A model generated the notes under the pieces. The model made no database searches and was not told the DNA's origin. It saw only the letters and a list, made by a program, of their open reading frames with translations. Shown here piece after piece: positions 1-7,825 of a stretch of DNA of 20,000 nt. The position numbers and the translations under genes are program-made. Each line of letters opens with the position of its first letter. Position 1 is the first letter of the stretch. Origin of the DNA: Anaerolineae bacterium (GTDB taxonomy: Bacteria > Chloroflexota > Anaerolineae > B4-G1 > DUEL01); assembly GCA_041082215.1 (NCBI GenBank), contig JBDOIF010000041.1:123500-143499 (forward strand), given 5' to 3'.

Positions 1-1
1 C

Positions 2-151
2 TGGAGCCGCAGACCGAAGCCGGGAGAGGACGTCGGGGGTCATCCCCCCTACCCCAATGACCTCCAGCCCCGCTTGCTCCCGCAGGAGGGTCTCGACGCT
101 CTCGGCAAAGAGCGAATGGCTGGTGAGGATAAAGACTCGACAGGAAGGCAT
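2..151 (-). CDS. Partial (5' end) small receiver-like / pseudo-receiver domain protein, runs off the window
   Basis: Not in the ORF track. Manual translation from ATG at 151: MPSCRVFILTSHSLFAESVETLLREQAGLEVIGVGGMTPDVLSRLRSAAP. This parallels the NarL receiver N-terminus (RILLVDDHILFRKGLARLLDAQPDFQVVG) but lacks the acidic DD pair. A promoter lies just upstream. Confidence 0.7.
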   Translation of the reverse strand, partial: MPSCRVFILTSHSLFAESVETLLREQAGLEVIGVGGMTPDVLSRLRSAAP

Positions 152-184
152 AGCTGACCGCCGGTCAGTTACAGACCGACGTTT

Positions 185-213
185 ATTATACGCCTTCTTC
201 TGTCGCCCGTCTA
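185..213 (-). promoter_or_regulatory. Sigma70-type promoter for the receiver-like ORF
   Basis: Minus strand TAGACG (213-208), 17 bp spacer, TATAAT (190-185). Confidence 0.65.
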
Positions 214-260
214 TAGCTCAAATGGACCATTTCGCTCCGCTTTTAGTCCTTTTGAGCTAT
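213..260. promoter_or_regulatory. Pair of inverted 17-bp boxes, candidate NarL/LuxR-family binding sites (or a hairpin after the response regulator gene)
   Basis: ATAGCTCAAATGGACCA at 213-229 and ATAGCTCAAAAGGACTA (reverse complement of 244-260) match at 15/17. Centres are 31 bp apart, and the pair abuts the -35 element. Confidence 0.55.
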
Positions 261-916
261 TCCTGTGGGTCCAGAAGGCCAGCGCGGACAGCGTAAACGG
301 CGGCCTGGACCCGGTTACGGAGTTCCAGTTTTTCCAGGATGCTGCGCACGTGGTTGCGCACGGTATTGACGGTCACTCCCAGCTCTTCGGCGATCTCGGC
401 GTTGGAAAGCCCTTCGGCCAGCAGGACCAGCACTTCCCGCTCCCGGGAGGAGAGCGCCTCCGGCGAGGATGGCGGAGCGGCTGGTCGGCTGGCGCGGGCC
501 AGTTGCCGCAGGAGCTTGCCGGTCATCGAGCGGGAGAGGGGGGCCTCTCCCTGGGCCATCCCCCGCAGCTCCTGGAACAGCCCTTCCGGCCGCATATCTT
601 TGACCAGGTAGCCGTCGGCTCCGCAGCGGATGGCGGCAAAGAAGTCCTGCTCGTCTTCGGACACGCTGAGCATCACCACCCGCACAGAGGGGAGCTCCCG
701 CTTGATCCGGCGGGTCGCCTCCAGGCCATCGCAGACCGGCATCCGGAGGTCCATCAGCACCACATCCGGCCGCAAAGCCCTTGCCTGCTCCAGCGCTTCC
801 AGCCCGTCGGCCGCCTCCCCCACTACCTGGAAGTCCGGCTGGGCGTCCAGCAGCCGGGCCAGCCCTTTGCGGAACAGAATATGGTCGTCCACCAGCAGGA
901 TACGCAGCGGCTCCAT
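257..916 (-). CDS. NarL/FixJ (LuxR-type HTH) two-component response regulator
   Basis: Receiver motifs LLVDDH, PDVVLMD (phosphoacceptor), MLSVS, GYLVK. C-terminal HTH LSSREREVLVLLAEGLSNAEIAEELGVTVNTVRNHVRSILEKL. Confidence 0.97.
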   Translation of the reverse strand: MEPLRILLVDDHILFRKGLARLLDAQPDFQVVGEAADGLEALEQARALRPDVVLMDLRMPVCDGLEATRRIKRELPSVRVVMLSVSEDEQDFFAAIRCGADGYLVKDMRPEGLFQELRGMAQGEAPLSRSMTGKLLRQLARASRPAAPPSSPEALSSREREVLVLLAEGLSNAEIAEELGVTVNTVRNHVRSILEKLELRNRVQAAVYAVRAGLLDPQE

Positions 917-924
917 CGGGTGGG

Positions 925-952
925 ATTATACACTCTTCCGGTGTCCTGGCAA
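925..952 (-). promoter_or_regulatory. Sigma70-type promoter giving a probably leaderless response-regulator mRNA
   Basis: Minus strand TTGCCA (952-947), 16 bp spacer, TATAAT (930-925). Only 8 nt separate the -10 from the ATG at 916, and there is no SD. Confidence 0.7.
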
Positions 953-989
953 TACCGGCTGTCAGGTTGGGCAGAATGAAAGGTCACCC

Positions 990-1175
990 CTACCCACGGT
1001 TCAGCCGTGCCGCACCCCATATTCGGGCGATAACAAAAGCCGCCGCAACCACGAAGGCAATCATGAAGCCGACAGTGGGCCAGTCCATCCTCATGCCGGG
1101 CCTGAACAACCAGATAGACCAGTTCATGGACGTGTGCAGCAAAAGGGCGGCCAGGACACTGCCGCCAGTATGGTT
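990..1175 (-). pseudogene. C-terminal remnant of a CPBP (CAAX/Abi, Rce1-like) intramembrane protease
   Basis: Manual translation: NHTGGSVLAALLLHTSMNWSIWLFRPGMRMDWPTVGFMIAFVVAAAFVIARIWGAARLNRG*. It contains the N-x-T-x-G-S...H-x-x-x-N terminal CPBP motif plus a TM helix. There is no start codon, and an in-frame TAA lies 4 codons upstream. Confidence 0.7.
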
Positions 1176-1187
1176 TTTCTCCTCTGA

Positions 1188-2450
1188 TTACGTTGCCGGC
1201 CGACCGTGTATCTCCCTTTCTATCCGCCGCAGGTCGTCGGCGTGGGCCTGAATCTTCCGCAGCGCCGCCACCACATCGTCTATCCCCTGCCGTCCCGCCC
1301 GGAAGACGCATTCGTCCAGCCAGACCGCCTCCCGCTCACAGGCCCGCTCCGCCTCCGGCAGCCGCATCCGGTCAAAGGCGAAGTACTCTGGAAAGGCGGT
1401 GGGGACCGGCAGCCGGGAGAGCTGCGGCTGGAATAGGGTGTAACGGTGCATGGCCTCGTATCCAACCCAGCAGGGAATCCCCTCGGCCTCCAGCGCCGCA
1501 CACACAAGCTCGTGCCCGGCTCCGAACACCTCCGGGTCAATGGCGAAGATGTACCGGTAGAACGAACGGGTGGTGTGGCGGGGATCCCGCCGCAATAGCC
1601 GCACGCCCGGCACTTCGCTCAGGCTTTCCTCCAGATAGTCGGCCATCGCCTCCCGCTGCCGGACCTGTTCGGGGAAGCGCTCCAGCCCCACCACGCCCAG
1701 CGCCGCCTGCAGTTCGGTCATCCGGTAATTGGCGCCCATTGTGTACAACTGCCCCGCCTCGTCGTGGGGACGGCCGCAGTCTATGATGCTGGCCGCGCGG
1801 GCCGCCAGTTCCGCCGTCCGGCACAGGAGCACCCCACCTTCCCCGGCGGTGAGGATTTTGGACGATTGCAGGCTGAACGACCCGAAGTCCCCGATGGTTC
1901 CCGCTCCCTGTCCCCGCCAGCGCGCCCCGTGGGCGTGGGCGCAGTCCTCCACCACCACCAGGTTGTGGCGGCGCGCGATGTCCATAATGGCGTCCATGTC
2001 CGCCATCTGTGCGCCCAGATGGACCGGGATGACCGCCCGCGTGCGGGGCGTGACCGCCGCTTCCACCTGTCGGGGGTCTATACAGTAGTTCTCGGGGTCA
2101 ATATCCACGATGACCGGGATGGCCCCGGCGGCCATGACCGCCGCCGCTGTGGCCTGAAAGGTGTAGGCAGGGACGATGACCTCATCCCCCCAGCCGATGC
2201 CGGCCGCGCGCAGCGCCACCTCCATGGTGACCGTGCCGTTCGCCATCAGGACGGCATACCCGCCGCCCTGCAGTTCGGCAAAGCGTCGGGCAAATTCCGC
2301 TGTGTACGGCCCCGGATAGGGATAGCCACCCCAGCGCCCGGAGCGGATGACCGCCGTCACGGCCTCTATATCCCGCCCGTCCCAGACGGGCCATTCGGGG
2401 TAGGGTTCGGTGCGGGTTCTCGGACCGCCGAGAAGAGCCAGTTCGGACAT
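1188..2450 (-). CDS. DegT/DnrJ/EryC1/StrS PLP aminotransferase, RifK/BtrR/StsC-like (sugar or cyclitol aminotransferase)
   Basis: Motifs NGT, GDEVIVPAYTFQAT, IPVHLG, EDCAHAHG, SFSLQSSKILTAGEGG (PLP lysine), NYRMTELQAA, and N-terminal LALLGG..WP.W. Start placed at 2450 because GAGGAGG directly abuts the ATG at 2456. Confidence 0.93.
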   Translation of the reverse strand: MSELALLGGPRTRTEPYPEWPVWDGRDIEAVTAVIRSGRWGGYPYPGPYTAEFARRFAELQGGGYAVLMANGTVTMEVALRAAGIGWGDEVIVPAYTFQATAAAVMAAGAIPVIVDIDPENYCIDPRQVEAAVTPRTRAVIPVHLGAQMADMDAIMDIARRHNLVVVEDCAHAHGARWRGQGAGTIGDFGSFSLQSSKILTAGEGGVLLCRTAELAARAASIIDCGRPHDEAGQLYTMGANYRMTELQAALGVVGLERFPEQVRQREAMADYLEESLSEVPGVRLLRRDPRHTTRSFYRYIFAIDPEVFGAGHELVCAALEAEGIPCWVGYEAMHRYTLFQPQLSRLPVPTAFPEYFAFDRMRLPEAERACEREAVWLDECVFRAGRQGIDDVVAALRKIQAHADDLRRIEREIHGRPAT

Positions 2451-2480
2451 GTTCATCCTCCTCGGTATTTATCCGGCTTT

Positions 2481-2525
2481 CCTCACCTCACCCCCAGCGG
2501 CGCGGGCAGCGGGGGAGAGGTGAGG
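2481..2525. repeat. Intergenic GC-rich stem-loop
   Basis: CCTCACCTC-A-CCCCC (2481-2495) pairs with GGGGG-A-GAGGTGAGG (2511-2525). No U-tract follows on the minus strand. Confidence 0.7.
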
Positions 2526-2534
2526 CTGAATATT

Positions 2535-3887
2535 TTACCCTCCTCGTTTCACTTTCAGTGCCTCTTTGACCCTCTGCAGCCGCTCTCCGTGCAGGGGGTA
2601 GAGCCAGAGCAGGAGAATCGCCAGCAGGAAGCCGACGGTCGTCGGGATGCTCAGGAAGAGGCGAAAGCCCATGTCCACCGTCGGCGGCTGGACCTCCAGC
2701 AGGGTGTCGTATCCGAATGCAGGTATCATCAGGCCGAAGATGCTGGAGACCAGCAGCCCGCTCAGGGTGATGAGGAAACTGCTCATGCCGAAGAACATCC
2801 CGGCGCGCTGGTGGCCGGTCCGCACCTCGTCCTCATCCACGACCTCGGCGATGATGACGTCGCCCATCAGCACCAGCCCGCCCAGCCCGACGCCGATGAT
2901 GACAGCAGACGCCAGCGTGAACGTCAGGGAAGGGCTGAAACTGAGCGGGATGACGCCGGCGATCATGATGGCATTGGCAAGGATCAGGGTGACACGGGTG
3001 CCGAACCGGTTGGCGACCCAGTTGCGCCAGGGGTAGAGAGAAAGCATCGCCACCAGAAAGGCGACGCCGAAGATGACGCTGAACATGGCATCGCTGACCT
3101 TCAGGCTGTACTTCAGGTAGAAGGGGATGCCGGCCTGCAGGACGCCCGTCCCGACAAACCGCATGGTCTGCGCTCCGGCAGCAGTGAGGAAACTACGGTT
3201 GAGGAAAGTGTACCGGAGCGCCGGGCCGAACGGGAAGCTGGTATCTGTCCTCAGGTCCTCCCGCTCAAAGAGGAAACGGAAGGCAACATAAATGGGGATA
3301 GCTGAGATAATGCCCAGGGCGACGGCCATCCCCGCCCAGCCAATGGTGTTCCAGAGCAGGGGCGGCACGACCGAGGCCAGGATGAGGGCGATGGTCTGGA
3401 AGATGTTCATCTGGGCAGCGACGTCGGTCCGTTCTTCGTACGTGCCGAACATCTCCGGCAGGAGGCCGTAGTAGCCCGTCGCCAGGGCGGTGTAGAGCCC
3501 CTCCCAGATGACGATGACAATGCCGAAATAGACCAGCAGGGCGACCGGGTTGACCTTCCCGTCAAAGGGGGTGCTGAAGATCAGGATGAAGGTCAGCACG
3601 TAGGGCAGGGCGGTGAAAAGGATGTAGGGCCGACGGCGCCCCCAGCGGGAGCGGGTCCGGTCGGAGGCGAAGCCCAGAGCCGGGTTGTTGAGGGCGTTGT
3701 AGACCGTGTAGAAGAGCCAGAAGGTGGCAAACCACGGCGCGGGCAGGTTCTTGATGTCCACGATGAAGTACATCACGAAAGCGACGACGGTCTCCACCGG
3801 CGTGGCGACGCCCAGACTCATCAGCGAGTACATCAGGCGCTGCTTGAGGGTGGTCTGCGCTTCGGAAACGGCGGCAGTCAGGGCCAT
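2535..3887 (-). CDS. MFS transporter, glycoside-pentoside-hexuronide (GPH/MelB-like) family
   Basis: About 12 hydrophobic segments. Motifs NALNNPALGFASDRTRSRWGRRRPY and AEVVDEDEVRTGHQRAGMFFG. Start moved to ATG 3887 (MALTAA), which has a GGAGGT SD. Confidence 0.92.
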   Translation of the reverse strand: MALTAAVSEAQTTLKQRLMYSLMSLGVATPVETVVAFVMYFIVDIKNLPAPWFATFWLFYTVYNALNNPALGFASDRTRSRWGRRRPYILFTALPYVLTFILIFSTPFDGKVNPVALLVYFGIVIVIWEGLYTALATGYYGLLPEMFGTYEERTDVAAQMNIFQTIALILASVVPPLLWNTIGWAGMAVALGIISAIPIYVAFRFLFEREDLRTDTSFPFGPALRYTFLNRSFLTAAGAQTMRFVGTGVLQAGIPFYLKYSLKVSDAMFSVIFGVAFLVAMLSLYPWRNWVANRFGTRVTLILANAIMIAGVIPLSFSPSLTFTLASAVIIGVGLGGLVLMGDVIIAEVVDEDEVRTGHQRAGMFFGMSSFLITLSGLLVSSIFGLMIPAFGYDTLLEVQPPTVDMGFRLFLSIPTTVGFLLAILLLWLYPLHGERLQRVKEALKVKRGG

Positions 3888-3891
3888 CGGT

Positions 3892-5202
3892 TCACCTCCA
3901 CAGGGTTTCAAGAAGGGATCGGACAGTCTGCAGGGCAAGCCGCTCACACACGGGCTGAAAGGGGCCCGGGTAACGGTAGGCCAGCGGGGCGATCTCCACC
4001 TCGTACCCTCCCTCCCCATGCGCTTCTTCGGTGGGCAGGTAGCTGACGCAACCATCGGTCAGACTGACGAAGAGGGTGTGCCGGGCGGGAGAGAGGGCCT
4101 TCACTTTCATGCCAATTTCGGTGAAGGTCTCGGCCGCAAGGGTGACCAGGGCCAGATCGTCCAGCCGCGCCGCGCTGACACGCATCGGCACGGACCAGAA
4201 GCCATCGTGAGCCTCTATACGGGATTTCCAGGGATACCGCTGGTTCAGCAGGAGGTCGGCGAAGATAGCCATAAAACCGGGCAGGTGGGCCAGGCTCAGG
4301 AGCGGCCTGCGGTAACTCCGGGGCGGACGGAGGGTCTCGGCGCGGACGACGGTCGGCAGCCAGACCTCGGCGCGGGCCAGGCGCAACGGCGTGCCGCACA
4401 CCGGCTGGGGTCCGGCGGACAACGCTTCCAGGACGGCCTGCGCCAACCGTCGTCCCTGTTCGGCGGCCTTCTCAAAGGCACAGGCGTCCCCCCAGTACAT
4501 ATCCGGGTTGATGTTCGCCGCCGCACCCTGCAGGAAGAGGGTCAGGCCGCCCAGTTTCGCCTCCACCTCCTGGCGCATGACGCCGATCCAATCCGCTGAG
4601 ACGAGCAGGTTATCGGGCCCGAGCACCGTGCCGTGGCAGGCGTAATTGACCAGGGTGGCGATGCGGGTGCCGGTCTCTTCTGCCAGCACGCTGACTACCT
4701 GCACCGAGGGGTCTCTGGGGCCATCGGGGTTGCGTCCGATCTCCATGCGGCCGTCCGGTTTGCGTTCGCGGCGGTTGATGCCGACGGAGGCCTCTCCGCA
4801 GGCGTATTCCAGCCGCGCCGGCTGCAGGCGGCCCTCCGCCTCCCGGACAGCGGCGACGACGTTCTCCTCCAGCGCGGCGATGTACTCCCGGTTGCGGCGC
4901 GGGGATTTTTCGTCGGCATAGACAATCGGCCCGGAATGGGTGTGGGAACAGCAGAGCAGGACCTCCGTCGGGGCCAGGCGCGCGCGGATGTGGTCCACGA
5001 CGAACTCGTTGACGGCGAGCAGGTCCAGGGCCACCAGGGCCAGCCGCTGCGCTCCGTCGTCCAGGACAAGGGCCGTGGCAGTCAGGTCGTCGTGGACGCC
5101 GATGTTGCCTCTGGTGCGGTCGCCGTAGCCGATGAGGAAGATGCCTCTGGGCGGGGTGATCCGACGGCGGGCCGCGCCCGCGCGCAGGATGTTCTCGCTC
5201 AT
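3892..5202 (-). CDS. Neutral/alkaline non-lysosomal ceramidase-like Zn amidohydrolase (paralog 2)
   Basis: Motifs ITPP, GY..R...GVHDDL, CSHTHSGP, INRR, NYACHGT, SADW, FLQGAAANIN, AETF, YLPT, GGYE. No signal peptide. Confidence 0.85.
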   Translation of the reverse strand: MSENILRAGAARRRITPPRGIFLIGYGDRTRGNIGVHDDLTATALVLDDGAQRLALVALDLLAVNEFVVDHIRARLAPTEVLLCCSHTHSGPIVYADEKSPRRNREYIAALEENVVAAVREAEGRLQPARLEYACGEASVGINRRERKPDGRMEIGRNPDGPRDPSVQVVSVLAEETGTRIATLVNYACHGTVLGPDNLLVSADWIGVMRQEVEAKLGGLTLFLQGAAANINPDMYWGDACAFEKAAEQGRRLAQAVLEALSAGPQPVCGTPLRLARAEVWLPTVVRAETLRPPRSYRRPLLSLAHLPGFMAIFADLLLNQRYPWKSRIEAHDGFWSVPMRVSAARLDDLALVTLAAETFTEIGMKVKALSPARHTLFVSLTDGCVSYLPTEEAHGEGGYEVEIAPLAYRYPGPFQPVCERLALQTVRSLLETLWR

Positions 5203-6527
5203 TTCGCCTCCATTTGCAGATTGCGGCGCGTCTCTTCGGGCGTATCGCCCAGGCGGTATCTCTGAAAGACCAGGAAGCCGACCAGCACAAAGAGCGCCAT
5301 GACCAGAAAGGCGACCTGCACGCCGAGCGGGTTTTCGCGGGTGTAGCCGAAAGCCTTCAGGACTTGCGAGAGGATGAGTGCGCCGAGGGATGTGCCCAGA
5401 CCGATGGCGAAGGAGAATGTGCCGTAATAGATGGCCTCGCGACGGCGGCCGGTGAGCATTTCGTCATAGTCCACCACGTTGCCCATCATGGCGTAGATGA
5501 CGATCAGGTAGCCGCCCAGCATAACGCCGATGAGCGCCACAAGGATGAAGCCCTGAACATCAATGGGCAGAAGGGCCGTCCGCCCGACCAGGAAGCCGAG
5601 GGCGACAGCGACGACCAGCCCGATCATGGTGAAGTTCAGCAGCCAGCGCTGGCTGCGGCGGCGGTTCCAGAACATCCAGACCGGACCGGTGAGCGCCATC
5701 ACCAGGATGAGCACCCCCTGCAGGATGCCGACGTCGCTTTCGCTCTTGCCCAGTACGAGGGTGACGAAATAGGGGAAGTTGATGAGCAGCATCTGGTAGC
5801 AGACGTGAACCAGGAGGGTGGAGATGAAGACGACCATGAACTGCCCGTTGGTGAAGGTGGCCTTCAGGCCATCCAGCGCCTTCATTGGCTCGCCGAGCGG
5901 GCGGTCGGTCTCGCGCAGGCCGAGGAGGGTCAGGTAGATGGTGACCACGCCGACAAAGCCGACCACCCCGCCCATATAGACTGCTCCCATGCTCTCAAAG
6001 AGCGGCGCGGCGACCAGCGAGCCGACCAGCACGCCCAGGATGCCAAAGACGTTCTTCCAGTAACTCAAGCCAACCCGCGCTCTGGCATCGGGGGCCATTT
6101 CGGGCAGCGTGCCGTCGTAGGGGATGCCGACCAGGCTGTAGGCGGTGCGGTACATCAGGGTGATGAACATGAAGTAAAGAGCCACCAGCCAGACGGTCCC
6201 GGCCGGGGGCGTCCAGATGAGGATCGCGCCCAGGAGGACGAAGGGCGAGGCCAGGACCAGGAACGGGCGGCGCCGGCCCCAGCGGGAGCGGAGCGTGTCC
6301 GACCAGTGCCCGATGAAGGGGTCTATGGCCGCGTCCCAGATGCTGGCGACGGTCATCAGGACGCCGATCAGGGCGATGGGCAGATGCTGCGGGCGGCCCG
6401 AATCGGGGGGAGGGGCGTAGAAATATAGAAGCCAGGTGTCAATAGTGATGGCCAGGATGTTCAGCCCGGCCGACGCGCTGGAATAGAGCGCGATGCGCCA
6501 GAAGGGAAGTCCTTTGTTGTTACCCAC
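5199..6527 (-). CDS. MFS transporter, GPH/MelB-like family
   Basis: Motifs IWDAAIDPFIGHWSDTLRSRWGRRRPF and GNVVDYDEMLTGRRREAIYYG. About 12 TM segments. GTG start with GGAGG SD. Confidence 0.92.
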   Translation of the reverse strand: MGNNKGLPFWRIALYSSASAGLNILAITIDTWLLYFYAPPPDSGRPQHLPIALIGVLMTVASIWDAAIDPFIGHWSDTLRSRWGRRRPFLVLASPFVLLGAILIWTPPAGTVWLVALYFMFITLMYRTAYSLVGIPYDGTLPEMAPDARARVGLSYWKNVFGILGVLVGSLVAAPLFESMGAVYMGGVVGFVGVVTIYLTLLGLRETDRPLGEPMKALDGLKATFTNGQFMVVFISTLLVHVCYQMLLINFPYFVTLVLGKSESDVGILQGVLILVMALTGPVWMFWNRRRSQRWLLNFTMIGLVVAVALGFLVGRTALLPIDVQGFILVALIGVMLGGYLIVIYAMMGNVVDYDEMLTGRRREAIYYGTFSFAIGLGTSLGALILSQVLKAFGYTRENPLGVQVAFLVMALFVLVGFLVFQRYRLGDTPEETRRNLQMEAK

Positions 6528-6539
6528 GGTACCTCCGCT

Positions 6540-6648
6540 CTACGGTGCAGGCCTGGCGGCCTGTACTACGAATGTGCCGCAGGCTGTCAGCCTGCACAAA
6601 CAGGCCTGGCGGCCTGTGCTACGGTGCAGGCCTGGCAGCCTGCGCTAC
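6540..6648. repeat. Cluster of four GTAG-type REP-like short palindromes
   Basis: Minus-strand units GTAGCGCAGGCTGCCAGGCCTGCACC, GTAGCACAGGCCGCCAGGCCTG and GTAGTACAGGCCGCCAGGCCTGCACC, plus one inverted copy GTGCCGCAGGCTGTCAGCCTGC (+ strand, 6574-6595). Confidence 0.8.
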
Positions 6649-7824
6649 TTCTTTCAGCGCCGCCAGCAGGCGCGGCGCAGTCTCCGGCCCCAGCGACATG
6701 GTCTCCTCGTAGTGGCTCCCCGGCTGGAACGGATCTTCGGGATAAACGAAGTCCTCCTGGGGCAGAATGTAGCCCACCTCGTCGTTGACCAGCCCGACCA
6801 CACCCGCCACTTCCGCCCCGGCCTGGCGCAGGAACGCCTTGAGTTCCAGCCCTGGCCCCGGCAGGAGTTCACCGGGCACCCCCGCCAGCCAGACCGGGCC
6901 AACCTGGAGCAGGTTCACTTCGGTGATGACCTGTCCGTCCACAAGGGGCACCGAAGGGAGCAGGCCGGCGGCCATCGCCATGTGGAACAGGGGATTGGTC
7001 ATCGGCACCAGGACCTCGCACCGCTGGTGGACCAGGCGGGTCGGCAAGATGTCCTGTCCGGCGGAGAGGGCCTGGATGCCAGCCTCCGCCACCGCCTTCC
7101 CGATCCGCTCCGCCTCGGCGAAGGTGTGCTCGTCGGTATCCGGGGTCATCATGCCGCCCAGCGCGCCGACGAAGAAGATGCAGGGTGCGCCGGTTGCATC
7201 CTCCACGCGGCGGCGCAGGAAGCCGGGGTAGTCGGCGCTGACAGCCTGGTTATGCTCCCACATCACCTCCGGGTGGCAGGCGAAAATCATCATCGTCGCC
7301 AGCGTGTCCCCGCGCTCGGGGTGGAGGAACTGGATAGCGGTCAGTTCGTCATCCACGATGTGGGGGTCGCGGGCGTTGCGGGCCACACCCGGCACGCGCG
7401 TCGCGGCGACCCGCATCCGGGCCGGCCGCAGGCCCTCCAGCGCGGCCCGCATCGTCTCCAGCACCCGCTCCTTCAGCCAGGCCAGGTACTGGGGGTCAGT
7501 TCCCGGGGTAGTGGTGTCCGGCCCCCAGAGGCCGATGGTGTCGGGGCCGTCGTGGTTGTGGGTACAGGCCAGGAGGAGGCCGGTGCCCGGGGCGTGTTCG
7601 GCCAGCCGCTGTTCTATCTCCAGGACGTGCATGCGCGGGAGGCCGATGAGGTCCAGCGCGGCCAGCACCACCCGCTGGGGGCCGACCTCCAGTGCCAGCG
7701 CGCAGGCCCAGAGGTCGTCGTGGACGGATTGGGCCGGCCGGTTCTGGCCGAACCCCGCCAGATAGACCGTCCGCTCCAGCGACGGCGTGATGGTCTGGCG
7801 TGCAAAGCCAATGCGCATGGGCAT
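6619..7824 (-). CDS. Neutral/alkaline ceramidase-like Zn amidohydrolase (paralog 1)
   Basis: Motifs ITP, LAGFG, VHDDL, CTHNHDGPDTIGLWG, FACHPE, SADYPG, PGEL, GYILP, HYEETMS. ATG 7824 has a GGAGGT SD. Confidence 0.82.
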   Translation of the reverse strand: MPMRIGFARQTITPSLERTVYLAGFGQNRPAQSVHDDLWACALALEVGPQRVVLAALDLIGLPRMHVLEIEQRLAEHAPGTGLLLACTHNHDGPDTIGLWGPDTTTPGTDPQYLAWLKERVLETMRAALEGLRPARMRVAATRVPGVARNARDPHIVDDELTAIQFLHPERGDTLATMMIFACHPEVMWEHNQAVSADYPGFLRRRVEDATGAPCIFFVGALGGMMTPDTDEHTFAEAERIGKAVAEAGIQALSAGQDILPTRLVHQRCEVLVPMTNPLFHMAMAAGLLPSVPLVDGQVITEVNLLQVGPVWLAGVPGELLPGPGLELKAFLRQAGAEVAGVVGLVNDEVGYILPQEDFVYPEDPFQPGSHYEETMSLGPETAPRLLAALKEVAQAARPAP

Positions 7825-7825
7825 T

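Noticed and set aside
152..170. Small palindrome CTGACC-GCC-GGTCAG before the ATG at 151
   Set aside because: A 6-bp stem in GC-rich DNA is too weak to assign as an operator or RNA switch without more evidence.
823..1311. 162-aa Cys-rich minus-strand ORF
   Set aside because: It overlaps two real genes out of frame. A different frame in the gap gives a clear CPBP motif.
3888..4055. N-terminal extensions in the ORF track (also 7839, 10506, 11615, 16517, 17427, 18769)
   Set aside because: They overlap upstream genes, SD sequences or hairpins. The downstream starts fit SD spacing or gene packing and family N-termini better.
6540..6648. Possible mini CRISPR array
   Set aside because: Units are adjacent without 30-40 bp unique spacers, one is inverted, and no cas genes are present. 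It fits REP-like elements.
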